Below are positions 19,929 to 28,211 of a DNA stretch of 58,799 bases, in pieces. Location: positions 1 to 58,799 of the forward strand of contig JANRLX010000045.1 of assembly GCA_033762115.1 (NCBI GenBank), in the 5' to 3' direction. This DNA comes from Verrucomicrobiota bacterium (GTDB taxonomy: Bacteria; Verrucomicrobiota; Verrucomicrobiia; Limisphaerales; SXQI01). Position 1 is the stretch's first letter, and the number at the start of each line of letters is the position of its first letter. The translations under genes and the position numbers were made by a program. Under the pieces are notes generated by a model that was not told the DNA's origin, ran no database searches, and saw only the letters and a list, made by a program, of their open reading frames with translations.

Positions 19929-20701
19929 AGTTGCCAGGGGGAGGAATCGCGGGGGATTTTCTGTCACTGCTGGCCTGCCACCAGTTGACGCCGCTGAAAG
20001 TGGAACGTTCCGCGTCAGCGCCCGTTGAAATCCAGGCCACCACAGTTTTCGCCTTTCATTTCGAAGGTGGTGTGTTGATGGCTGGGGATCGACGGGCCAC
20101 AGCAGGAAACCAGATCGTCACCGACCAGATCGAAAAAGTCCTGGAAATCGATGCCACTTCGTTGCTGGCGATTGCCGGCGTTCCCGCGACTGCGTTTGAA
20201 ATGGCCAGGGTGATGCAGACATCGTTTGAGTATTATCGCCGAAGCCAGTTGCAGCCCTTGAGCCTCCCGGCCAAAGTCCGTGCATTGGCCCGGTTGCTTC
20301 GGGAAAACTTGCCTCTGACAATGCAGGGTGTCGGGGTGGTGATGCCTTTGTTTGCAGGGTTGGACCACTCGACAAATCCTGCGACACCGAAAATTTATTT
20401 TTATGATCCGCTGGGCGCCCAGTTTCAAGCGGTGGGTTATGCAGCTTCAGGATCAGGCTCAGGAACCATTCGCAGTATTATCAGTTTCCAGGAACATTAC
20501 GGCAAACCGATTCCCTCCCGGATGAATCTCGCCCAGGCAGTCCAGTTTGCCTTGAGACTCCTGATCACAGCATCAGAGTTTGATGCAGCCACGGGGGGTG
20601 TGAATCCGGAACTGAATACCTTTGCCACGATCAAGGTTTTAACCGCAGAAGGTGTTCAAACGATCAGTTCAGAAGAGCAGGTCCGCTATCTTAAAGCATG
20701 A
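19925..20701 (+). CDS. prcB: 20S proteasome beta subunit with ~38-aa propeptide
   Basis: Mature N-terminus TTVFAF (Thr1 codon at 20039), Asp17 in GDRRAT, Lys33 in IEKV, SGSG, D.ATGG. Confidence 0.93.
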   Translation: MKLPGGGIAGDFLSLLACHQLTPLKVERSASAPVEIQATTVFAFHFEGGVLMAGDRRATAGNQIVTDQIEKVLEIDATSLLAIAGVPATAFEMARVMQTSFEYYRRSQLQPLSLPAKVRALARLLRENLPLTMQGVGVVMPLFAGLDHSTNPATPKIYFYDPLGAQFQAVGYAASGSGSGTIRSIISFQEHYGKPIPSRMNLAQAVQFALRLLITASEFDAATGGVNPELNTFATIKVLTAEGVQTISSEEQVRYLKA

Positions 20702-21432
20702 CAGAGGAACCATACAGGTGGCTTGAAGCGGTCCAGAACCGCAGGGAATATGTCAGAGACCAGATCAAGGGAGGCTCTCCTGCCTTCGCTGTGCGGCTGC
20801 CGGATGGGATTTTGCTTTTGGCTGCAGGCTCCGGCAATTCCAAGGTTTTCGAATTGTTCGATCGACATGCCCTGGCAGCTCTCGGCCACCCGGCGGACAT
20901 TGAAAAAATTCGTCAGGCAGCCATTGACGCCGCGCATATGGAAGCGTTTACCCGGGCACCTGAAGATGTGAGCCTGCGGCGATTGGTTAGTTTCGGATTA
21001 AGCCCGCAATTAAAAACCAGCTTTGAACAAATTTTCAGCGCACCTTTTCTTGTTGAAGTGCTGTTGGCCGAATTAGGGAACACAGAAGATCAGGATCTGC
21101 TGGTCCGCCTCCAGTTTGATGGCGGCTTCAAGTTTCAAAATCAGCGTGTGGTTGTGGTGGCAAGCCGCCCTGAACAGGAGGAAAGCGCCCAGGCATGGCT
21201 CAATGAGCAACTGCGCGAGACATCCGATCTGAAGCAAATTGTGACAACCTTGCTTGAAGCCTGGTGGGTCATAGTCGAGAGTGCATCGTTCGAGGCAACA
21301 GATTCGGAAAAGCGAAAAAACGGCTGGCAAGCTGCAATGAAGGAGAAAGTTGTCGAGATCGGTTGGTTGAACCGGAAACTTTCGAGGCAGGCACGTTTTC
21401 AATCTCTAACGCTTGAACAACTAGGTGTATGA
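20698..21432 (+). CDS. prcA: 20S proteasome alpha subunit
   Basis: NRREYVRDQIKGGSP and SKVFELFDR resemble actinobacterial PrcA; lies between prcB and pafA with ATGA overlaps. Confidence 0.85.
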   Translation: MTEEPYRWLEAVQNRREYVRDQIKGGSPAFAVRLPDGILLLAAGSGNSKVFELFDRHALAALGHPADIEKIRQAAIDAAHMEAFTRAPEDVSLRRLVSFGLSPQLKTSFEQIFSAPFLVEVLLAELGNTEDQDLLVRLQFDGGFKFQNQRVVVVASRPEQEESAQAWLNEQLRETSDLKQIVTTLLEAWWVIVESASFEATDSEKRKNGWQAAMKEKVVEIGWLNRKLSRQARFQSLTLEQLGV

Positions 21433-22832
21433 ATCGGATTGTCGGTCTGGAAACAGAGTACGGTTGTTTAACAACCGATCCTTCCGGTCCGCCGACTGCA
21501 GTTGGCAAAGTCCGCAATTGGATTTTTGAAAAATCCCGTTTTGGCCTCCCTGATATGCACCAGCGGGATTGGGATGAACCAGCCGGAAACGGTGGTTTTC
21601 TTTTCAATGGCGGCAGGGCGTATGTTGACATGGGGCACCTGGAGTATTGTACTCCCGAATGCCTGAGCCTGATCGATATCCTTCGTTATGATCGGGCAGG
21701 TGATGCCATCCTGCTTCAAGCGTTGAAGGATTTAAAATTGCAGGATCAGGTCAGCTTCATCCGTAACAATATTGACCATTATTCAGGGGCCACCTTTGGC
21801 TGCCATGAAAATTACCTTGTGCGTCGGTCAGCACCCCTAACGGAAAGCAATGTCCTGGCGCTGCTCAGTTTCCTGACATTGCGACAGCTTTATGCCGGCG
21901 CGGGTCGAGTCGGAGCGACTCCGGGCGCTGAATTGCGCGGCGATCTTTTACGGCCCGGTGCCGATAGCAATTTCCAGATCAGCCAAAGGGCGGATTACAT
22001 CAATAATGACCTTTTCGAATGGGTCCAATTTAATCGGGCGATCATCAATACTCGGGATGAACCGCTGGCGGATGCCCGCAAGTATCGTCGTCTTCACCTG
22101 CTGCATGGGGACACCAGCGTGCTGCCCACCACCTTACTGCTAAAAATCGGGACCACTTCCTTGATGCTCGACCTCCTGGAACTCGATCATCTGCCGAAAA
22201 TAGTGCTCGCTGACGCGGTGATGAGTTTTCGCACGGTTTCGCATCAACCGAACGGCCCGTGGATCGTGAGCCTCGCCGATGGAAAATCAGCGGATGCGGT
22301 CGAATTGCTCGCCCAGTTTGCAGAAGTGGCAAAACGGGAGTTCAAAGGGCGAGACGCTGAAACGGATGTTGTTTTAAAAATTTGGGAAGGAACCCTCGCC
22401 GCATTGAGCAAGGAACCGGAAGCGCTGGTTGGGAAAGTGGATTGGATTACAAAGCGCTGGCTGTTGACGCAATTCATGACACGGGAGCAATTACCCTGGA
22501 GTGACCCCTGGCTCAGGGCGCAGGATCTTGAGTTTCACCAGATCGACCCCGCAAAAAGCCTGGGTTTGGCGCTGGCCACGACGCCAACTGAATGGGAACT
22601 CCCGGGAAATGACCTTCAGAAAGCGATGCGGGAACCGCCAGCCAATACCCGCGCATACCTGCGTTCCCACATCATGCAGAAGCTCAAGTCGCAATCGATC
22701 CGTTACTTTGTTGATTGGGAAATCATTGATGCTGAAGGAGTTAACAGCCTCAATCTACTGAATCCGTTTGAAACCTCACTGGAAACCGTGGATGCCTGGT
22801 GCAAACACCTGGCAATCATAACTGGGAAATAG
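21429..22832 (+). CDS. pafA: PafA-like modifier--protein ligase
   Basis: MNRIVGLETEYG, FLFNGGRAYVDMGHLEYCTPEC, GCHENY, RAIINTRDEPLAD, RRLHLLHGD; lacks the Dop loop. Confidence 0.9.
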   Translation: MNRIVGLETEYGCLTTDPSGPPTAVGKVRNWIFEKSRFGLPDMHQRDWDEPAGNGGFLFNGGRAYVDMGHLEYCTPECLSLIDILRYDRAGDAILLQALKDLKLQDQVSFIRNNIDHYSGATFGCHENYLVRRSAPLTESNVLALLSFLTLRQLYAGAGRVGATPGAELRGDLLRPGADSNFQISQRADYINNDLFEWVQFNRAIINTRDEPLADARKYRRLHLLHGDTSVLPTTLLLKIGTTSLMLDLLELDHLPKIVLADAVMSFRTVSHQPNGPWIVSLADGKSADAVELLAQFAEVAKREFKGRDAETDVVLKIWEGTLAALSKEPEALVGKVDWITKRWLLTQFMTREQLPWSDPWLRAQDLEFHQIDPAKSLGLALATTPTEWELPGNDLQKAMREPPANTRAYLRSHIMQKLKSQSIRYFVDWEIIDAEGVNSLNLLNPFETSLETVDAWCKHLAIITGK

Positions 22833-22847
22833 TGGGAAATGGCGGGA

Positions 22848-23015
22848 TTATTCCGCGAAACTCCACTCAATCCTCGACTTCGAAGCACTTTCCCGTTCTA
22901 CCTTTTGGGCAATGGACTGGGTTGGGATATTCCCTTCTCCAAAAATAACTTTCGCACCGACCAAGGCTTCAAGTTTTTTAACGATTTCGGCGACCTGGAC
23001 AGAATTGGATTTCAT
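22848..23015 (-). CDS. Candidate 55-aa small protein (not in ORF track)
   Basis: Manual translation MKSNSVQVAEIVKKLEALVGAKVIFGEGNIPTQSIAQKVERESASKSRIEWSFAE*; fills the gap between pafA and DUF2905; no strong SD. Confidence 0.45.
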   Translation of the reverse strand: MKSNSVQVAEIVKKLEALVGAKVIFGEGNIPTQSIAQKVERESASKSRIEWSFAE

Positions 23016-23079
23016 TTCAAACAGCTCAAGGCTGGCAAGGTAGCATCGGCATCCGGAAAAGAAACTTGAGCGAAAATGG

Positions 23080-23292
23080 TCAGCGGCGAAAAAGCCACAT
23101 CAGGAAACTGAGCACAAGGCTGATCAGGAGGCAGGTCACGATGGGAAAGTGGAAACTAAATCCCGGCTTGCTGATGGAAACGTCGCCGGGCAATTTTCCG
23201 AACCATCCCCTGCCCACACCACTCCAGACAAGCAGTCCGATGGCTACAATCACCAGGCCGACCACGACAATTGTTTTGCCAATGTCGTTCAT
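23080..23292 (-). CDS. DUF2905-family small membrane protein
   Basis: FGKLPGD..I....FHFPIVTCLLISLVLS. Confidence 0.9.
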   Translation of the reverse strand: MNDIGKTIVVVGLVIVAIGLLVWSGVGRGWFGKLPGDVSISKPGFSFHFPIVTCLLISLVLSFLMWLFRR

Positions 23293-23334
23293 GCTTTAAA
23301 GTAATAGGAGGATACCAACTGGCAAGATGATGGT

Positions 23335-25059
23335 TTATTTTTGTTGGGCGTCGATTTTTGCCCAGGTGTCACGCAATGTGGCAGTTCGGTTGAACAGCAA
23401 CTTTTGAGGCGTTGACTGAACCGGGTCGGCATAGAAATAGCCCAACCGTTCAAACTGAAAAGGCAAGGAGGATTGCAATTGGGTGACGGCAGGCTCCAGC
23501 TTACAATTTTGAAGAGTTTCCAGAGAATTTGGGTTGAGGGATTTTTTCCAATCGGCATCCTCCATACTGCTGCTGTCCTCGACTGTCAAAAGCCGGTCAT
23601 AAAGTCTCACTTCAGCATGGAGCGCATGTTCCGCAGAAACCCAGTGAATGGTGCCCTTCACTTTGCGACCACTTTGGGATGAGCCGCTTTTGGTTTCAGC
23701 ATCGTAGGTACAATGCAGTGCAATGACCTTTCCTGTGTCATCCTTAAGCACTTCAACACATTTGATAATGTAGGCGTAGCGAAGACGGACTTCCGTACCG
23801 GGAGCAAGACGGAAAAATTTCCTGGACGGGTTCTCCATGAAATCATCCTGTTCAATATACAGGACCCGTGAAAAAGGAACTTTGCGTGTGCCCGCTGAAG
23901 GATCTTCCGGGTTATTGATTGCTTCCATCTCCTCCACCTGCCCTTCAGGATAATTTGTTAAAATTATTTTCAATGGGCGCAGGACAGCCATAACCCTGAG
24001 GGAGCGTTTATTTAAATCCTCACGAATTGCATGCTCAAGCAGGGCGACATCAGTCAGTCCATTGTATTTGGTGACACCGATGCGATGGCAGAAGGTGCGA
24101 ATCGATTCGGGTGTGTAACCACGACGGCGCAAACCGGCAATGGTCGGCATGCGGGGGTCGTCCCACCCGGTGACCACGCCCTCTTCGACCAGTTGGAGCA
24201 ACTTGCGTTTGCTCATGACGGTGTAACCGAGATTGAGACGGGCAAACTCGATCTGCTGTGGATGACAAGGGGTATTGAGAGTATCGAGAATCCAATCGTA
24301 AAGAGGGCGATGCACTTCAAATTCGAGGGTGCAGATGGAATGAGTGATGCCCTCGATCATGTCAGAAAGAGAGTGGGCATAATCGTACATGGGGTAAATG
24401 CACCATTGATCACCGGTGCGATGATGATGAACTTTGCGGATACGGTAGAGAGCGGGATCGCGAAGATGAATATTCGGCGAAGCCATGTCAATTTTCGCCC
24501 GTAATGTCCGGGAACCATCGGGGAACTCCCCTGCCCTCATCCTGCCAAACAGCTCAATATTTTCTTCCACCGAACGATTTCTGTAGGGACTTTCCTTTCC
24601 CGGAACCGCTGGGGCTCCTCGATAAGCGATCATTTCTTCAGGGGAAAGGTCGCAAACGTAGGCCTTGCCCATTTTAATCAGCTGGAGGGCAAAGCCGTAT
24701 AATTTTTCAAAATAGTCGGAGGCGAAATAGAGGTGTTCGTTCCAATTGAACCCAAGCCAGCGCACATCTTCCTTGATGGAGTCCACATACTCGACATCCT
24801 CGCGGGCCGGATTGGTGTCATCAAAACGCAAATGACAGCGTCCGCCTTCGTTTTCGAGGGCAATCCCAAAGTTCAGGCAGATGGATTTGGCATGGCCAAT
24901 GTGAAGATAGCCATTTGGCTCCGGGGGAAACCGGGTCACCACTTTGCCACCATGTTTACCAGTCCGCTGATCCTCAGCAATAATCTCGCGAATAAAATCG
25001 AGCCCAGGAACCTGCGCCTCACCGGCGGATTCCGCATTAGTTACATTCGTCATGTGCAA
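23335..25059 (-). CDS. glnS: Glutamine--tRNA ligase
   Basis: [38 protein letters not shown]. Confidence 0.97.
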   Translation of the reverse strand: MHMTNVTNAESAGEAQVPGLDFIREIIAEDQRTGKHGGKVVTRFPPEPNGYLHIGHAKSICLNFGIALENEGGRCHLRFDDTNPAREDVEYVDSIKEDVRWLGFNWNEHLYFASDYFEKLYGFALQLIKMGKAYVCDLSPEEMIAYRGAPAVPGKESPYRNRSVEENIELFGRMRAGEFPDGSRTLRAKIDMASPNIHLRDPALYRIRKVHHHRTGDQWCIYPMYDYAHSLSDMIEGITHSICTLEFEVHRPLYDWILDTLNTPCHPQQIEFARLNLGYTVMSKRKLLQLVEEGVVTGWDDPRMPTIAGLRRRGYTPESIRTFCHRIGVTKYNGLTDVALLEHAIREDLNKRSLRVMAVLRPLKIILTNYPEGQVEEMEAINNPEDPSAGTRKVPFSRVLYIEQDDFMENPSRKFFRLAPGTEVRLRYAYIIKCVEVLKDDTGKVIALHCTYDAETKSGSSQSGRKVKGTIHWVSAEHALHAEVRLYDRLLTVEDSSSMEDADWKKSLNPNSLETLQNCKLEPAVTQLQSSLPFQFERLGYFYADPVQSTPQKLLFNRTATLRDTWAKIDAQQK

Positions 25060-25184
25060 AAAATGACAATACCAGAGCGGCTGCCGTTTGAAAATTAATT
25101 GCTCTGGAAATTGTGTCAGCCCCGAAGCTGGGAAAATAAATAGTTGGGGAACCGCATTGAAATCTCGCCTGAGAGAAAGGAACT

Positions 25185-25820
25185 GTGTATCTCACCTGTG
25201 TGGCTCTGAATAAAGCAAAGCTCGGGATTCTCGGCTCCGGAAAGGGATCCAACATGGTGGCCATTGCGGAAGCAATGAAAGACCCAAACTGCCCTTATGA
25301 GATAAAACTTGTGATTTCAGATGTGGAGGGTGCAGGGATTTTATCCCATGCCCAGGAACGAAATCTGCCGTTTCGCCTGATTTCGCCGGGAAAATTTCGG
25401 ACGAAGCTGGATGAAGAATCGGAGCGGGCATATATCGATGCCCTGCAGGAGGCCGGGGTGGATTTCGTGGTGCTGGCGGGATTTATGAGAATCCTGAAAG
25501 GAGAGTTTCTGCGGATGTTTGAAAACCGGGTGATCAATATCCATCCTTCCCTCCTTCCGGCATTTCCCGGGCTGGAGGCGTGGAAACAGGCCCTTGAGTA
25601 TGGGGTGAAGGTCACAGGCTGCACGGTTCATTACGTGGACCAGGGAGTGGATACCGGACCGATTATTTCGCAGCGACCGGTAGAAGTTCTCGACCATGAC
25701 ACGGCAACAACCTTGCATGAGCGAATTCAACAGGCAGAACGCGAACTTTATCCCGAGACCTTGCGAAGCCTTGCGAGGGGTGAAATCAAGGTTGAGGGGA
25801 GACGTTCCCTGAAAAAATAA
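25185..25820 (+). CDS. purN: Phosphoribosylglycinamide formyltransferase
   Basis: [39 protein letters not shown]; start uncertain. Confidence 0.95.
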   Translation: MYLTCVALNKAKLGILGSGKGSNMVAIAEAMKDPNCPYEIKLVISDVEGAGILSHAQERNLPFRLISPGKFRTKLDEESERAYIDALQEAGVDFVVLAGFMRILKGEFLRMFENRVINIHPSLLPAFPGLEAWKQALEYGVKVTGCTVHYVDQGVDTGPIISQRPVEVLDHDTATTLHERIQQAERELYPETLRSLARGEIKVEGRRSLKK

Positions 25821-25846
25821 AGGAGAGCTTGAGGCCCTCCTTTATT
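25816..25846. terminator. Probable bidirectional hairpin terminator between convergent genes
   Basis: AATAAAGGAG (25816-25825) / CTCCTTTATT (25837-25846) inverted repeat. Confidence 0.6.
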
Positions 25847-25859
25847 ATGGAACAGAAGA

Positions 25860-26783
25860 TCAGTAAATGGAAATCTTCGCGCGATCTGCGATGGCTTCAT
25901 TTTGAAGATCGGCTTTCCTGACCTGAATGGTCATGGTGGCGCGGTCTTCGGGATGTCCTCTGAAGGCAAAGGTTGCCAATTCGTTCTCAATGATTTCACC
26001 ATTGTTTTTTCGAATTTTGGTATTATGAACCACCGCCCTGGGTCCACCCTGGATCACTACAGTGATTACCTCATCTTTGCCAAGGTGCCTCATGTTTGTG
26101 CCGTTACGTAGAGCTTTAAGCACTGATTTTTTCAAATTTTCGACCTGTTCAGCATCATATCGTGGCGGTTCCAGCGGGCCACCTGCCCAGAGGTGAATCT
26201 GTTCTTCCGGGAAATCGGGATGGTCAAAGAGCTCTCTACGTGCCTCCTCCCAATCGGAATTCGGTTCGTCCTGTTTCTTTTTGTCATCAGCGCTTTGCTC
26301 TTTATTTGGTTCAAGCGTGATGCCGCTATTGAACAGAAAAACAGCCCCATAACCCTCGATATACATGTGCCGTGGAGTCGCATCCCCGTCGAGAATCAAA
26401 ATTCCCATGGCACGCTTGCTCGAGGATTCAGGACTTGATTCGACTGCCTTCTCGAGGATGCGGCTCATGACCTTAAGATCCTCTTTCATTTCGCGATCCA
26501 CTTTACTGTTCTGTTTGGAATGGCGCAGAATCAGTGGATCCAGTTCAGGTCCGTGACGAAAAGGGGGCTCCCAAATGCGATTTCCGCTTCTGGCATTCAT
26601 CATCATGCCGGCCATCCTTCCGCCGGAACCAACAGCCGGGGTCATGCCGACATGTGCCGGGGGGACAGAGTGTTGAATGATGATATCCTCGTCTCTTTGA
26701 GGAATCCCCTTCTCCTGGGCGTGTGACGTGAGGCCGAACAAAAGGCAAAGGCCAATTGTCCCGAGTGATTTTGTTATTTTCAT
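25860..26783 (-). CDS. Secreted hypothetical protein, third gene of the ECF cassette
   Basis: Signal peptide MKITKSLGTIGLCLLFGLTSHA-; start overlaps the anti-sigma stop. Confidence 0.75.
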   Translation of the reverse strand: MKITKSLGTIGLCLLFGLTSHAQEKGIPQRDEDIIIQHSVPPAHVGMTPAVGSGGRMAGMMMNARSGNRIWEPPFRHGPELDPLILRHSKQNSKVDREMKEDLKVMSRILEKAVESSPESSSKRAMGILILDGDATPRHMYIEGYGAVFLFNSGITLEPNKEQSADDKKKQDEPNSDWEEARRELFDHPDFPEEQIHLWAGGPLEPPRYDAEQVENLKKSVLKALRNGTNMRHLGKDEVITVVIQGGPRAVVHNTKIRKNNGEIIENELATFAFRGHPEDRATMTIQVRKADLQNEAIADRAKISIY

Positions 26784-27430
26784 TATTTTATTGAGGTTGC
26801 TGGCCGTTGGTAATTGGCCAATTGGATCATTTGTCTCTGGGCTTTGCTAAATCCGTCCTCCGCGTTCAATGCGACCGTCTCAAGCTCTTTTCGCAGCAGG
26901 CTGAGATCAGCGATCCGCTGCTGCTCAAGGGTGGCAATGATGGAATAAATTTTAGAGGTTTCCTCCCCGTGCGCCTTTTCGGCGGCTGCCAGGACTGCCG
27001 CGGTCTCCTGTTTTGCATTTTGCTCAATGCGAAGCAATGCATGTTCAAACTGCCGGGAGACATCCTGTTTCCATTGAGCTTCCGCAGCCTGTAACGCTAT
27101 TGCCAACTGTGCCTGGATCTCCGCTTTCACATTTTTCGCCAAGCGCTGTTCCTGGTTTGCTGCTGAGTGGACTTCCTTTCCGGAAAAGTATCCGACGGAG
27201 AAGAGAATAAGAACGGCGGCAGCCCATTGCATCCATGCAGGCAAGCTGGCAGGACGGTGTGGAACTTCAATTTTCCAACGATTCAAGAGCGCTCGTGATT
27301 GTTCCCATTGATTGAGTTGCGCCCGGCACTGGGAGCAATCGTGCAGATGTTTCTTAAGCCGGTTCGCAGTTTTTTCATCGATCTCTTCGTAGAGGAAATC
27401 GATCCATTCTTCTGGAGAAGGGTGGTTCAT
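26783..27430 (-). CDS. Zinc-binding (zf-HC2/ZAS) transmembrane anti-sigma factor
   Basis: H..(N-term)..HLHDCSQC motif, single TM WAAAVLILFSVGYFSG, coiled-coil extracytoplasmic part; coupled to the sigma gene. Confidence 0.85.
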   Translation of the reverse strand: MNHPSPEEWIDFLYEEIDEKTANRLKKHLHDCSQCRAQLNQWEQSRALLNRWKIEVPHRPASLPAWMQWAAAVLILFSVGYFSGKEVHSAANQEQRLAKNVKAEIQAQLAIALQAAEAQWKQDVSRQFEHALLRIEQNAKQETAAVLAAAEKAHGEETSKIYSIIATLEQQRIADLSLLRKELETVALNAEDGFSKAQRQMIQLANYQRPATSIK

Positions 27431-28065
27431 AAGCTTCTGGGTTGATCTAAAATGACAGTTAATGGCGGTCGTGATCTGGTTTGCCTGTAGCAGGAGGCGA
27501 ATTGGGTCAAAGCTTCGCTCATCCTTGATTTGACGGTTCCTTCCGGGATGCCCAAAACTTCGGCAATTTCCCTGAATTTTAATCCTTCATAATGGCGGAG
27601 TACAAGGACAGTTCGATACATTTCAGGCAATTGCATTAACGCTTGTCGGACCAGGTTGGCTTCTTCGGCCATTTCCATGGTTGAATCAGGCTGGTTGTCT
27701 GAAAGACTTTCCGGTTCAACAGGAGAGGACCCCTCCCCCCTTTGCTCATCAATCGATGTCTCGTTCCTCCGTTTGGTTCGGCGAAGTTCATCATGACAAA
27801 TGTTGATCGCCACACGCCAGAGCCAGGTCGAAAATTTACCGGTCGGCTCATAATCCTTCCGTTTGTGGTAAAGACGAAGGAACGTTTCCTGGGCCATGTC
27901 CTCCCCGCGATGGGGATCTCCCATCATTCGAGTGCAGAGGGCCTGAATCCGACCGCGCCAGCGCTGGGATAGTTCCGCAAAAGCAGTCGCATCATCATGC
28001 ATCTGCACACGCCACATCACCTGCTCATCGGAGGAGGAAATCTGTGCTAAGAACAACCCGCGCAT
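27427..28065 (-). CDS. ECF RNA polymerase sigma-70 factor
   Basis: EDMAQETF, FSTWLWRVAIN, LKFREIAEVLGIPEGTVKSR; SD AGGAG precedes ATG 28065 (alternative start 28089). Confidence 0.93.
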   Translation of the reverse strand: MRGLFLAQISSSDEQVMWRVQMHDDATAFAELSQRWRGRIQALCTRMMGDPHRGEDMAQETFLRLYHKRKDYEPTGKFSTWLWRVAINICHDELRRTKRRNETSIDEQRGEGSSPVEPESLSDNQPDSTMEMAEEANLVRQALMQLPEMYRTVLVLRHYEGLKFREIAEVLGIPEGTVKSRMSEALTQFASCYRQTRSRPPLTVILDQPRSL

Positions 28066-28095
28066 ATAAAACTCCTGCTTCCCATTCATCTGTTA

Positions 28096-28120
28096 AACGC
28101 GGAACGTGTGCTTTTGGTTC
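28096..28120 (-). promoter_or_regulatory. Putative ECF-type autoregulatory promoter
   Basis: Minus strand GAAC-N17-CGTT directly upstream of the ECF sigma gene. Confidence 0.5.
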
Positions 28121-28211
28121 GCACTTTTTACGATTTTTTGTTCAATTAACCGCCAACCGCTTTCAGCAATGTTTGCAGGATTGAAAGTGGAGAGTTATCC
28201 TTGTTTGGGTT

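Noticed and set aside
19925..21432. HslV, Anbu or BPH instead of a true 20S proteasome
   Set aside because: A propeptide, a separate alpha-type gene and the Dop/PafA context indicate a 20S core
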